From the NCBI GenBank assembly GCA_964035575.1, contig OZ037838.1, positions 372,001-436,000 of the forward strand: DNA of 64,000 nucleotides, in the 5' to 3' direction. Source of the stretch: Rhynchopus sp. YZ270_cl-10. Lineage: Eukaryota. Both the position numbers and the translations under genes were made by a program. The notes beneath the pieces are model-generated. The model saw only the letters and a list, made by a program, of their open reading frames with translations. It ran no database searches and was not told where the DNA came from. Positions 46,880 through 59,297 of the stretch are shown here, piece after piece; position 1 is the stretch's first letter, and the number at the start of each line of letters is the position of its first letter.

Positions 46880-48061
46880 TCACTCCCCCTCCCCTCCCTC
46901 CCCACCGCTTTCCTCCCCTCCACTGACACATTGCTCACCAGAGTATGGGTGCAGATGCTGTGTCACAATGACGCCGTCTGATTGCATAACCATAACAACA
47001 CGCGAACACGGCGATATCGCAAATTCCCCATTCTCCATTTGCGGCATAACACGCACACAGTACATGGTCGCCACATCATACTGGTGTAGGTATGACTCGA
47101 AATCGGGGCAAATGCTGCTGCAATCGGCGTCCTCATCATCCATATACTCCGCAACCTCTACCCTCACCACAAGGTACTTCCCACATGGTGTGAACTGCAT
47201 GCCCCCGACACCCCCACCCACATCAACACTGCGAAGAGCCGCACCACTCCAATCAAAGAGGTGCACCATGCCAGAGCACCCCACAGCAAAGACAGAGGCA
47301 GACCGTAAAAGCGCCACTCTACCCCACCTACCCGCAGGCACACATGCCACAGCTTCACCTGTGTTCACATCCCACAGACGTACGTTCTTCTCCTTGTAGG
47401 AGGAGGTGATCACCCACCCACCACAGTCCGACAGTGCCAGGTCCCTGCACTCTTCGTGCGAGAGAGAGCGGAGCAACGTCAGGTCTTCGTCATACACAGA
47501 TGCGCCGTCTGTGCCCTTCGAGACAACAATATCGCCACACGTCCGTATTGAAACGGAGGGGCCGTCGACTTTGCGGACCACCTCCCCACCCGGAAGCGCT
47601 AACTCGAGAAGGCAATCCTTGCATGCCAGGTAGCAGCGTGTCTTGCACTGCGAGATGGCAGGCGGACCGTACATTTCATTGGCCACTTTGAACGAGAAGA
47701 CAGTGTCGAAGGTTGCTGTGTCGAAGCCGCCAACATCCCCACTCTCGTAACTATGGACGCAGAGCGTTCCACAACGCGACAGCGACAACGACGACGCGAA
47801 CATCTCTACGCTGTACTCAGCAGGACACTTGATGTCAGCAAAGCAGCGGGCAAGCACAACCTGCACCCCTGCATCAAACGCAGTGTCCTGCAGACGGCAC
47901 GTCCCCTCCAGCACCTGCGTGCCGATGCGCATCTCGACAGACGCAGGCGAGACAGCAAGCGCCGTGCACGCAACTTCCTTTGCCGCTGCAACGTCCGCCT
48001 CGCACGGCACCTCCACTGTCGCAGTCACGCCTGACTCTTCCAGCACAAAGGTCACATCCAT
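46880..48061 (-). CDS. UBL-WD40 propeller family, copy 15
   Basis: Intact paralog. C-terminus extended where copy 1 has TAG and this copy has GAG. Confidence 0.9.
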   Translation of the reverse strand: MDVTFVLEESGVTATVEVPCEADVAAAKEVACTALAVSPASVEMRIGTQVLEGTCRLQDTAFDAGVQVVLARCFADIKCPAEYSVEMFASSLSLSRCGTLCVHSYESGDVGGFDTATFDTVFSFKVANEMYGPPAISQCKTRCYLACKDCLLELALPGGEVVRKVDGPSVSIRTCGDIVVSKGTDGASVYDEDLTLLRSLSHEECRDLALSDCGGWVITSSYKEKNVRLWDVNTGEAVACVPAGRWGRVALLRSASVFAVGCSGMVHLFDWSGAALRSVDVGGGVGGMQFTPCGKYLVVRVEVAEYMDDEDADCSSICPDFESYLHQYDVATMYCVRVMPQMENGEFAISPCSRVVMVMQSDGVIVTQHLHPYSGEQCVSGGEESGGEGGEGE

Positions 48062-50907
48062 TGTTTTATTTGTCAGTACTCCTTTGCGTTTAAAAGAACC
48101 CCCAAACCCTCCCTGACCCACTAAACCAAACCTGCTGTACTGATGAAGTGTGGGGGGAAGAGAAGCGTGAGGAGCATGGCAATCGTCTTCGTGAATACTG
48201 AAACATTTCCTTAGAACTCAGCCTTGAGTTCCACAAAGACATTATACCCCACAATGGGCAGGGGATCGCAAACCTCAATTAGTCAATTATCCTTGAGGTT
48301 GAAAATTGGCCAGAAATGAAAAAGGGCGCCTTTAAGTTTTTACCTTGCGTTGCACAGTGGCATTCCAAATACCTGGGACAGAGACCGTGGACGTAAGAGT
48401 GACTGGAGCGGGCTCGTCTACTATATCATTGTTCTTTGGTTTGTACTTTACTTTCGCCAATAAAGAGTGCTTGAAACGCGCCGAAAACGTATCTTCGCTT
48501 TATTGGGGATATAGCCCATTGTGTGTATAGATGACATGTACCTACGCTTTAGATGTCAATTTTAAAGGAATATCATTGATAAAAACAAAAGACTGTGACG
48601 TAGCAAAGAGCAGTTTGAAACGCGCTAAAACGTCATCTCAGCCGAGCTCATGCTAAGGGTGAAACCCGAGTCATCAATACCGTAAGAGAACACAGAGGCG
48701 TTTCAACAATAAAAGCGCCGGTCAGTCATGGGGTACCCACAGAAGCAAAAAAATGGAAAAACTGGAGACTCAGAAAAGAACCTTTTTTATACCTAAAACA
48801 CACCGGGGTCGCAGGGAGTATGAGTGCAAATAGATGGAACACAAAATAATGTTGTTTAACTGATCATGTGTCATTTTGTTTTTCTGTTTTGTTTTTTGCT
48901 GTATCTTCTCTGTCCTATTTTTTTGTCCCACAAAAAAAGGGGGAAAGGGTGACCCTTGTCGTTCCCGTCTTGTCGTTGTTTGATGTGTGTTGACGTTTCC
49001 ACATACATTGTCTTTCATCTGTTGGGTGGTGTTGCGGAATAGCAATTGGTTGTTTGTTTTTATGCTTTCCACACACCTTCCTTCAACCCTTTTAGGATCG
49101 GTTGCCTTTTTAGTCACTTTGGTTGGAACAAAACCGATAGTACAGTAGGACAAGTAATATTGGCGACCAAAATAGTCGCCAATTGCAAGAAAACCCCCCA
49201 AATCCGCCAATATTTTTTTGGTCACCAAGTTTTTTGTCCAACTGTAACGCAAAAACAAAACAACAAATCATACGGTCCTTTGAGGGTGCGTAAGACGAAA
49301 ATGCTCGATAGACTCTTTACTTTGCTTGTTGCTCAAAAGACTGTAAACGGGGAGAGCAAAAAATAAAGGTTCGTTGTTGTTCGCTACCTTTTTTTGAAAA
49401 CATGGTTGCATTAGTGTAGCCACCCTAGAGTGTGCTCCACTATCTCTTTTCTACTTGATAACGGCAAATATGCAAATTTACGAGATGAATCTTGAACACG
49501 TTTTCCTGAAGTACAGAAAGTGTCGTTGAGCACAGGAGAGCAAAGAGGGGGGAAACAAGCGAGGTGGGTACGCAGACGCGCAACTTTTCACGAGGGTCTC
49601 GAGCATTCTGTCAAATGCTATGTGCTATCTTTAAAAATACAATATTATCATCTGATCACTAGGTTTTTTTCCCCTCCGGAAAAAAAAAAAAAGACAAGAC
49701 CGCCATTCTTCAGCCCAGTGGAAGTAACACCTCATCATCCCGTAAAAGAGAAGTAGAGGTGACGAGATTAGATGATAATACAAAAAAATGCTCGAGAGAC
49801 TCCGTTACTCTTTGCTTGTTGCTCAAAAGGCTAAAAACGGGAAGAAGAAAAATGAAGGCTGTTTATTCGCTTCCACAAAAAAGAAAAGGAATGTATCATA
49901 GTTGTATGCTCTGAAACCAAAGAAGAGAAAGATGTTCTATTCAGACCCAATCTAGATCGGATGAATAAAATCACCGTAATCGTAAAAATTATTGTAAAAA
50001 AAAAGGTCGAACTTCCAGAAAAAAAAATCCTGAAAAGGTCGAACAGTTAGTACGGTCGATAATTTTTACGAATACGGTAATACGCACTCCACTAGCCGTT
50101 TGGATGAAACAAAAACAGATACAGATAATGAATAAGATGGTTTTATTTTTCCTTCCTTCAAAACTACACACACAACGCTTTTTTTTTTTTTTGGTTTTTG
50201 GGAGACACACAAGGTGCCAGGTTCTATGATAAGCACGGAACCACCCTGCACCTGTTTGTCATATTGTTTCCCGTGCAATACATGGAGAAACGTTTCGCAC
50301 TCGAAACAAGGGAAACCATGACTGATACACAAAGCTTTTTGATAAAAATTAGCGAAATACAAAAACCGGCGCGTGTGGAAGAAAAAAGGAGAGGAAAATA
50401 TTTTTTCTGATTCAAAGTGGTGTTTACGTTTTGGGTACGGGGCGGAGAATAAAATCTGTTCGATAAAAGAAACGCGAGCTTATTGTTTTATCTTGTTCAG
50501 GTGTCGACAGGGGGGGTGTGGAAAAAAATATTCACAAAAAATATTTTCAAATTCTCTCGATCACAGAAAATCACAAAAATTCACGAAAAATCACGAAAAA
50601 TCACAAAAGTGTACCGTTTTGGGCTGCTGCAATTGTGCTGTAATTGTGGTGGAATTGTGTTCAGTTGTGCTCAGTTGTTCTCAGTTCTGCGTGTAAGTTT
50701 CGCTTAAAATTGAACTTTTTCGGCGTGGCTGCATAACCGATTCCCTACCCTGTTTCTACCAGATGTCATGCCGTTTTGGGGGGCATTCATGTGTTGTTTG
50801 TTTTTGGAAATTTTTGTTTTGTTTGGTGTGGCGCGTTACCCTACTTTTCAAGTACATACACACTACATAAGAACTACACAAAAATGACTTTTTTTTGGGG
50901 GTGTTTA

Positions 50908-52534
50908 CTGGGGGGGGGGTAGGGGATACGACTCCAGCCATTTTGGCTGGGACCAAACGCACGGAAAATTCATTTGGCATTATCTGGCCATCTCCAAGGC
51001 AACTGCGGGTGAAAAACACCCTCAGAGTGGGTCACAGGGGGCCTGTGGGTCGAAAAACGACCCAGAAGCCACCCCAGAATACAAAAAAATGGAAAAAAAT
51101 AGTGAAAAAACGGCTTTTTTCACGTTTTGGCCACTTTGGGCAAAATAGCGATTTTTCGAGAAAAAAATCAAAAACCGGGATATTTTTTGACATCACAAAG
51201 CCTCCTTTGGCACAAATATACCCCAAAAGTGGCCTGTGAGTCCATTCCAACCTGTTTTGGACATATTTGACACTTTTGGAAGTGTTTTTTTGGTGTTTTT
51301 AGGTCAAAAAAATGCCCAAGACGTCCCCAAGACATCCCCAAGACACTTTGCACACCCCCTGTTACGGTCATATTTTTTTCGTTTTTTTGCCTGAAACCCC
51401 CAAAATACCCCTCCCGGACCCCACATAGTCCCGAATATCCATCACACACCCACTCAGAGTGAGTAGAAGCACCCCAAAAAAAATATTTTTTAAAGCCCTT
51501 CAACTTCAACATGGATGCTGCCGAAACTGAAGCACAATTTTAGGGCTTTAAAAAATATTTTTTTTGGGGTGCTTCTACTCACTCTGAGTGGGTGTGTGAT
51601 GGATATTCGGGACTATGTGGGGTCCGGGAGGGGTATTTTGGGGGTTTCAGGCAAAAAAACGAAAAAAATATGACCGTAACAGGGGGTGTGCAAAGTGTCT
51701 TGGGCATTTTTTTGACCTAAAAACACCAAAAAAACACTTCCAAAAGTGTCAAATATGTCCAAAACAGGTTGGAATGGACTCACAGGCCACTTTTGGGGTA
51801 TATTTGTGCCAAAGGAGGCTTTGTGATGTCAAAAAATATCCCGGTTTTTGATTTTTTTCTCGAAAAATCGCTATTTTGCCCAAAGTGGCCAAAACGTGAA
51901 AAAAGCCGTTTTTTCACTATTTTTTTCCATTTTTTTGTATTCTGGGGTGGCTTCTGGGTCGTTTTTCGACCCACAGGCCCCCTGTGACCCACTCTGAGGG
52001 TGTTTTTCACCCGCAGTTGCCTTGGAGATGACCAGATAATGCCAAATGAATTTTCCGTGCGCAAAAAATGGCTGGAGTCGTACCCCCTATGGGGGGGGGG
52101 CCGAATAAACGAGGTAATTCGAATAAAGCACGTACGTCGAATAAAGCACGCATTTGGAAAATGGGTTTTTTGCTTTTTTTTGCGTCGAATAAAGCACGTA
52201 CGTGTTTCATTCGCCTTTTTGAACTTTTCCTCTGTTGTGACAAGGTAGTTCATATTTTGTGAAAATTTAAGTCGCTGAAATTTTGTCCATTTTTCCGTAT
52301 ATCACCCACCACAAGCCGGGCTTGGCTCGGAAATGCAACAAAATCACCTCTTGGGCGGAAAAAAATCGGAAAATTTTTTGCGACTGGAAAAACTTTCCAA
52401 AAAGTTCAAAAAGGCGAATAAAGCACGTACGTGCTTTATTCGCCTTTTTGAACTTTTTTTTTTTTTAAACCTCAGAATCTGAAGTGTAGGGACGCCTAAT
52501 AAAACACGTACGTGCTTTATTCGACCCCCCCCAG
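50908..52534. mobile_element. Probable TA-flanked TIR element with cgaataaagcacgtacg motif arrays, hosting a foldback
   Basis: ta|ctggggg ... cccccag|ta ends. The motif is repeated in both orientations at 52100-52525. A perfect 60 bp palindrome lies at 52399-52458. Confidence 0.55.
50920..52089. mobile_element. Foldback element with ~550-580 bp inverted arms
   Basis: Arms 50920-51499 and 51542-52089 with a 42 bp spacer. Identical translations appear on opposite strands in the ORF track. Confidence 0.85.
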
Positions 52535-53087
52535 TAAGGGAAAAAATATTTTTTAGAAGTGACCTTTTTTTGGGGGGTCCGGGGGGGCCGGAAAATTTTT
52601 TCACCAATTTTTGCCTACAAAAAATCGGGAATTTTTTTTTTTTGTTTTCGGTTCTTCCGAGTCTGTGCGTGCTGTGATGGGGTCACTTTGCGCTGAGAAA
52701 TGAGTACTTTTGACCTAAAATGCATGTGTCAGTTTTATACAGGCCATTTTCAGGTTTTGTGTGCAAAATATGGTCAGTACTTGACTTTGAAGGAAAAATG
52801 CAAAGTGAACGTGGGAGCAGTTAGCATAGCTGCGAACTTTGCTGCATGTTGTGACCCACCATTTGACGGACGGAGCTCGTAGAACCCAATGAGGAGTGAG
52901 AAAGAAGGACATGGTCAAATAAAAAAGTAGCGTACCGTGCGCCTGCGGCGCAAGCTTGCATTCCACCCTCCCCATGACATAGCTTGGCTGTAAAACAAAG
53001 TGCATTTTTAAGCGCAATTTTTTGAAATGTTGCGTACCGTGGCTTCGCCAGAACGCAGTTTTCTCGAAGTCTTCTTGCTCTTGAACA

Positions 53088-53531
53088 TTGCAAGTCGGAA
53101 AATGGGATACTCTCGCACGGGTTTTGGAGGCTGCGGTCGTTGCACTCCCGTCTTCCGTTGTTGTTGAACGAGGATTCTCTCTCCTGGACCACATCTACGC
53201 AAAGAGACGCCACCGCCTTTCTCACAGCACTATTGAGAAGCTGATGATTCTTCATGAACAGGCACCCGAGTTTAATACCGAAGAGATGGGGAATATTCTT
53301 GAACACGCTGTTGTCCTGTTTCTCAGCGACAAGCGTCACAGGTTCAAGAGAAAACGGAGGGCGGAGGAGTTGGAAGACTTCGCTTCCCCCGTATTTGTTT
53401 CCGGAATTGAGCTTATGAGGACCTTTTTCGCGCGCAGCACGTATGTTCGAAACGTATCGTGGGCAAAAAAAAATCATGATTTTCACCACCAGCCATGGAC
53501 CAAGGTCGAAAAATGTCTGATTCCTGTGTAG
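53088..53531 (+). pseudogene. hAT transposase C-terminal dimerisation domain relic
   Basis: W..LA...V.LPSSVVVERGFSLLDHIYAKRRHRLSHSTIEKLMIL matches the hAT P.SS...ER.FS......R.RL consensus. No N-terminal part present. Confidence 0.75.
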
Positions 53532-53931
53532 AAAAACCCGTAAAAAAACCGGAATTCCAAGCCCGAAAGTGCGATTTTTGTAGCTGTTAGCGTCAGGCCT
53601 GCTTTAACACAATGGGCGGGAAAAAATTTTTTACCCCCCCTTTTTACAATACATAAGCACTACATAAGAACTACACAAATATGACTTTTTTTTTGGGGCG
53701 TGCCACACCATTGTTTTCATTGGTGAAATTTTTAAACATCGGCATTTGCATTTCCGGAATCCGTCTGGCCAGTGGTGGGGTCAATTTGCCGAAATGGACA
53801 AGTTCTCGTTTTTGGTCAATTTCCACAGTATACACAGTTTTCACGGTATACACAGTATACACAGTTTTCACGGTATACACAGCATACACAGTGCCAGAGT
53901 GGGACAAAAAAAAGCTCATCTCAAAATATGC

Positions 53932-54060
53932 CGATCACAAAAAATCACAAAAGATCACAAAAGATCACAAAAGATCACAAAAAATCACAAAACATCACAA
54001 AAAATCACAAAAAATCGCAAAAAATCACAAAAAATCGCAAAAAGGTCACAAAAAATCACG
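53932..54060. repeat. Degenerate (AAAAATCACA)n minisatellite
   Basis: About 10 bp periodicity. Related tracts at ~50530-50610 and 63675-63989. Confidence 0.85.
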
Positions 54061-56772
54061 ACCTGTCGCAAAGAATCAGAAAGAAGAAAAATGATTCTTT
54101 GTGATTTTTCTTGATTTTTCGTGACTGCCCAGTTCCGACCCCCCTTGTCGCCACCCCATAAGAGCAAATATCCGTTCCCCTTGATCAGATCTCGACAGTT
54201 GTTTGCATTGCACGCTTCCACGACAAGAATAAAGTGAAAGCACATCAGGCGAGGTCTCTGATCTATCCGTACAGCGTATATATTTCCCCTAACACGCTAT
54301 GTTTGGCCAGGGCCCCCTCCAGCGTGTCAGTTGCACACAAAAATTGTTTGAGCATAAACCACTATCACTAGATAGCAAGCCATTTTTTTCTTCACATGAT
54401 AATTCATGACCCAATCTAGATAAGGATGAATAAAAATAAAACTAAAAAATAAAACAGAACAAAAGAAACCTTGTTCGATGAAGGTGCCTCTCGTGCACAC
54501 ACATCTCATCGGTACAGAAAAAAAGAAAAAAAAAATAGCAAGCGTATGAGATGAACTTAAGTCTCACCTTGAATAAGATGGGGAAGAAGAGAGAAAAACA
54601 CAGTGTTTTGATACGGTCTTGTGTGAGTACAAAATTAAAAAAAAAAATCCGTTTCTTTGTGTTGTTGTTGTTGGGGGGGGGGGGGGGGGGAAACGATGAT
54701 AAAGACTGCGTCTCTCTGATAGACACACAAAGCCCAAAACATCGTATTTGAGAAAAAAAAACAGAAAACAATAAAAAAAGGAATGCTGGTACTCCTGATA
54801 ACCCCATTTTGCGTACTTTGTTGCGCACTTTGTGCACGGAAAAAAAAAATACAGGAATAGCCTATATTGTGTACTTGTTGCGTACTTAGTGCGTAGTTGT
54901 TGCGTACTTGGTATTTTTTATTTCAGGAGCACCAAATGCTAAAAAAAAACCCCCGCTTTTTGTCTCTAAATTTTTGACTTTTGAAATGCACAAAGCGCTC
55001 TCTTGAATAGTGTTTCTTTGGTAAGACTGGACCCTTCACCATGCGGTCCAAAATCCATTACATCTCTGCACGATTAGAACAGAAGAAGCATATTCAAATA
55101 CGTACTGATTTTTGGGTAAACTATGATCGTCTCTCCATGAAACACACCAACAGGCTGTGAGTAGAGCTTCTGAGATGCGCTACTGAGAGCTAGTGGAAGA
55201 GGGGGGGGAAAAAAACCTCTCCCCGTTCGTAGATCACCCAACGCTAGCAAACAGTACACAGTAAAGAGTGCAAGGGTGTACTCCATTTCTTTTTTTTTAA
55301 AAGAGGGGATGGTGTTCCGGAAACACCTGTCAAGGACATGTCAATATAGGTCCCCTCCGGAACACCAGGGGAGAAAAAAAAAGGGGGGGCATTTGGCAAT
55401 GATGATCTTGAGTTCTGTGCTTCAGTCCACCACCAAACGAAAATAAAATTTCTGTAAAATGAACTTAAGCCTCTCTTGTGCTTGAGTCACCTTTACAAAA
55501 AAAGGTTGAAATAAAATGTGTTCGTTTTTTTTTTGAAAACTTGGAAAAATCACGTGTCGCAACAGAATATATCCACGCCACGCCCACCCTCCGCCCAGCT
55601 TACTTCCATTTCGCGGTCTACGTTGAGATGTCCTACTCCCGCTACCGCTCGTCAGTCAACGAAACGGGTATAATTGGAACACAAGGGAGCAACTCCTTGT
55701 GCGAAGTAAGTGACTCGGGGGGGTTTTTTTTTGAGCTGCGCATATCATCCTAACAACTAGGAAAAAAGCCCCCAAAAAAAGGGTTTATAAGATGACCCTA
55801 AGCCTGGACCCACTGGAGGGCCCTATGACTGGAGGGGGGAGGGGGGAACGCTCTGTCTGTCACAAGGGTATCACCCCTGAGGGGGGGGTGACCTGTTGTA
55901 AATCTGTTGAGCCTTGGCGTATATGCGCTGTAATTGAAATAGGGAAATATAGGAAAAAGACCAACAGAAAAAATTCCCACCTTTATTTAGGTTTCTTTCT
56001 TCTGCTGTTTTTGAACACTCTTGCGGGAGACAATAATGAAAGAGTGTTGTTCTTTTCTTCGACAGACGCAACACATCTGATTCGGTTTTGATTTTCGAAA
56101 AAGGGGGACATGAAAAACACCCGATTTTTACACCCACGTAGTATAGGAACGTAAACGCGGGGTAAAAATCAGGTGGGACAAGAGAAATAAATGAGGACGG
56201 ACGGTGGGTGCAGTGCACGACAGTGAAATAAATGACTTGGCCTTGTAGTCTTCCTTGTGGTTTCACGGGTTGTACTCCAACAGCAAAAAAAAAAGTAACA
56301 AAGTAAAATCACAAAGTCGAGTCATTTACTTCACCGTCGGGGAGGAGGGGAAGGGGGGAGGGGTGAGAAACAGGGGGTATGCGTGAAAAAAATGTTTTGG
56401 ATTTTTTTTTGAAAAAAGTGTCAAAACAAAGCATTTTTACCTGACACAGATCTCAAAGTAGGCTTGCAGCACACAGGAAGCGAGGCCAGGCCTCCGGGGG
56501 GTTTTTTTCCTGGCAAGTAAACAAATGAAACACATACACAACGTATGCTGAGATTTTCCTTGCGCATATGGGACGCGCTGACCCTTTTTTCAACAGACCT
56601 GCGCAACACCATATAAAATCCGCATTTGTGTCTAAAAAAAAACATAAACTAAATCATAAGCGTTCACTTGAATCACCAAAAGGGAAAGTTGAAAGTGCAC
56701 AAAAACGCCTCACCGTACAGCAGCGGACGCTGAAGGCACCATCACCAAAAAAAAAAATGGAGAGTTTTGTCT

Positions 56773-58863
56773 CTAGACTGGAACGGGGGTGCTTGCACAG
56801 CCCCATCCGAAGTTGAAGGACGGAATCACATCAGGCAGGTTGACGTAGATCACGACTGTCCCAAGGTAGTGCTTCGTGCCGTCGGCTGTGACGGTGTCAA
56901 CGAGAGCACCTGCTTCGTCGTAGATGGAGAAGGTCTGTCCGCCCATGTCTCTGAAGTTGAACTTCGACATGTCGGTGCTGCCGCACTGAGAGTACTTCCA
57001 GCAGTGCACACCACCGACAGCAAGGTCGTCAGACCAGAACCACTCGTCGCCATTCCCAATCTCTCCAACTTTGGCAGTGCACACATCAGGGTAGCCAGGG
57101 GGTGCAGGCACGTTGGTGTCAGGTGGGTTGGTTGCCGGAGGGTCGGTAGCAGGTGGGTTGGTGGCAGGTGCGTCAGTGGTTGCGCACGACCAGCCGAAGT
57201 TGAAGGACGGAATCACATCAGGCAGGTTGACATGGATGATGACATTACCAAGGTAGTGCTTCGTGCCCGCTGTGGTGACGGTGTCGATGAGCATGCCTGC
57301 CTCGTTGTAGATGGAGAAGGTCTGTCCGCCCACGTCTCTGAAGTCGAACTTCGAGAACGAACCTGCACTGCACACAGCGTACTTCCAGCAGTGCACACCA
57401 CCGACAGCAAGGTCGTCAGACCAGAGCCACTCTTCGTCATTCCCAATCTCTCCAGCTTTGGCAGTGCACACATCAGGGTAGCCAGGGGGCGCAGGCACGT
57501 TGGTGTCCGGTGGGTTGGTTGCCGGAGGGTCGGTAGCAGGTGGGTTGGTGGCAGGCGCGTCAGTGGTTGCGCACGACCAGCCGAAGTTGAAGGACGGAAT
57601 CACATCAGGCAGGTTGACATGGATGATGACATTACCAAGGTAGTGCTTCGTGCCCGCTGTGGTGACGGTGTCAATGAGCATGCCTGCCTCGTTGTAGATG
57701 GAGAAGGTCTGTCCGCCCACGTCTCTGAAGTCGAACTTCGAGAACGAACCTGCACTGCATACAGCGTACTTCCAGCAGTGCACACCACCGACAGCAAGGT
57801 CGTCAGACCAGAGCCACTCTTCGTCATTCCCAATCTCTCCAGCTTTGGCAGTGCACACATCAGGGTAGCCAGGGGGCGCAGGCATGTTCGTGGGTGCAAT
57901 CGTGTCCGGTGGGTTGGTTGCTGGCGGGTCAGTAGCCGGAGGGTCGGTAGTAGGTGGGTCGGTTGCTGGCGGGTCGGTGGCAGGTGGGCTGGTGGCCGGA
58001 GGGTTGGTTGCTGGCGGGTCCGTTGCCGGCGCACTTGAGGTTGCTGCTGCTCCACATGTGTGGGCCAGGATGAAGCCCGACTCCTGCATCGAGTAGTCGC
58101 TGGTGAAGTGCAGCAGAACGTGCCCCGCAGCAGACACCACGAACGGCGTGGCCAGTGGCCCAGACATCTCCTTGACCACTGTGGGCACGTTGCCTTCGTA
58201 CTGCGAGATGGCAAGCACGTCGTAGGTGGGCTCTGTGATGAAGAGGCTGAAGTCCATCCCGACGACGGCCTCGCACTGCAGCAGCCAGCAGACGTTCTCA
58301 TTCGCTTTGTACGTACCTGCGTGCGAGATCACACCGTCCTCGGTCACCACGTTGCGCACCCCACAGGAGTCCGGGAAGGGCACAACAGACGGCGCATAAG
58401 TCGGCGGTGCCGGGGTCGGCACGTTCGAAGTAGGAGCGGCAGTGCCACAGACGAAGGTGATGTCGAAGCCGGTCTTCTCCACACGACCGTCGCTTACAAA
58501 ACGGAAGACGACATCACCTTCGTACGAGACGGGGCCTTCGTCATCAATGTGCCCCGTCAGCTGCGAATCCCGTGTGTAGTACTGCGACCCCTTGCGCGAG
58601 TATGTCTCCACAAAGTCGTCGCCCTCCTCCGTATCGACGCGGTCCCACGTCACCTGGACAGAGTGCGCGCAGGAAAACCGCCAGCAGCGGTTCTCATTGG
58701 GCTCGTACCGCCAGGGGTGGTTGCGTGTCCCCGGGTAGCTCACGTAGCCGATGGTGTCCGTGACGACGACCTGTTCGGCGTGTCTGCAGACGTAAGGGTA
58801 GTCCTCCGCCGCAGCGACAGTTGTCGCAAGGGCACACACAACAACAGACACTAAGCCACGCAT
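56773..58863 (-). CDS. Secreted protein: signal peptide, two CUB domains, PAT(N/D)P linkers and three ~129 aa repeats
   Basis: MRGLVSVVVCALATTVAAA signal peptide. CUB motifs YEPNENRCW..DTEEGDDFV..FVSDG..TGF and YKANENVCW..TEPTYDVL..FTSDYS..SGF. Repeat period is 387 bp. Confidence 0.85.
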   Translation of the reverse strand: MRGLVSVVVCALATTVAAAEDYPYVCRHAEQVVVTDTIGYVSYPGTRNHPWRYEPNENRCWRFSCAHSVQVTWDRVDTEEGDDFVETYSRKGSQYYTRDSQLTGHIDDEGPVSYEGDVVFRFVSDGRVEKTGFDITFVCGTAAPTSNVPTPAPPTYAPSVVPFPDSCGVRNVVTEDGVISHAGTYKANENVCWLLQCEAVVGMDFSLFITEPTYDVLAISQYEGNVPTVVKEMSGPLATPFVVSAAGHVLLHFTSDYSMQESGFILAHTCGAAATSSAPATDPPATNPPATSPPATDPPATDPPTTDPPATDPPATNPPDTIAPTNMPAPPGYPDVCTAKAGEIGNDEEWLWSDDLAVGGVHCWKYAVCSAGSFSKFDFRDVGGQTFSIYNEAGMLIDTVTTAGTKHYLGNVIIHVNLPDVIPSFNFGWSCATTDAPATNPPATDPPATNPPDTNVPAPPGYPDVCTAKAGEIGNDEEWLWSDDLAVGGVHCWKYAVCSAGSFSKFDFRDVGGQTFSIYNEAGMLIDTVTTAGTKHYLGNVIIHVNLPDVIPSFNFGWSCATTDAPATNPPATDPPATNPPDTNVPAPPGYPDVCTAKVGEIGNGDEWFWSDDLAVGGVHCWKYSQCGSTDMSKFNFRDMGGQTFSIYDEAGALVDTVTADGTKHYLGTVVIYVNLPDVIPSFNFGWGCASTPVPV

Positions 58864-58930
58864 GGTGTGCTGTCCAGAGTTTTTGTTCTCTTCTTTTGGT
58901 TCTTTTGGAGGGTTTGCGGGATAAAACGTC

Positions 58931-59297
58931 TGGTGGTGTTGGTGGTGTTGGTGGTGTTGGTGGTGTTGGTGGTGTTGTGGTGTTGGTGGTGTTGGTGGTG
59001 TTGGTGGTGTTGGTGGTGTTGGTGGTGTTGGTGGTGTTGGTGGTGTTGGTGGTGTTGGTGGTGTTGGTGGTGTTGGTGGTGTTGGTGGTGTTGGTGGTGT
59101 TGGTGGTGTTGGTGGTGTTGGTGGTGTTGGTGGTGTTGGTGGTGTTGGTGGTGTTGGTGGTGTTGGTGGTGTTGGTGGTGTTGGTGGTGTTGGTGGTGTT
59201 GGTGGTGTTGGTGGTGTTGGTGGTGTTGGTGGTGTTGGTGGTGTTGGTGGTGTTGGTGGTGTTGGTGGTGTTGGTGGTGTTGGTGGTGTTGGTGGTG
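58931..59297. repeat. (TGGTGGTGT)n minisatellite, ~40 units
   Basis: 9-mer tandem array ending ~67 bp upstream of the CUB gene ATG. Confidence 0.98.
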
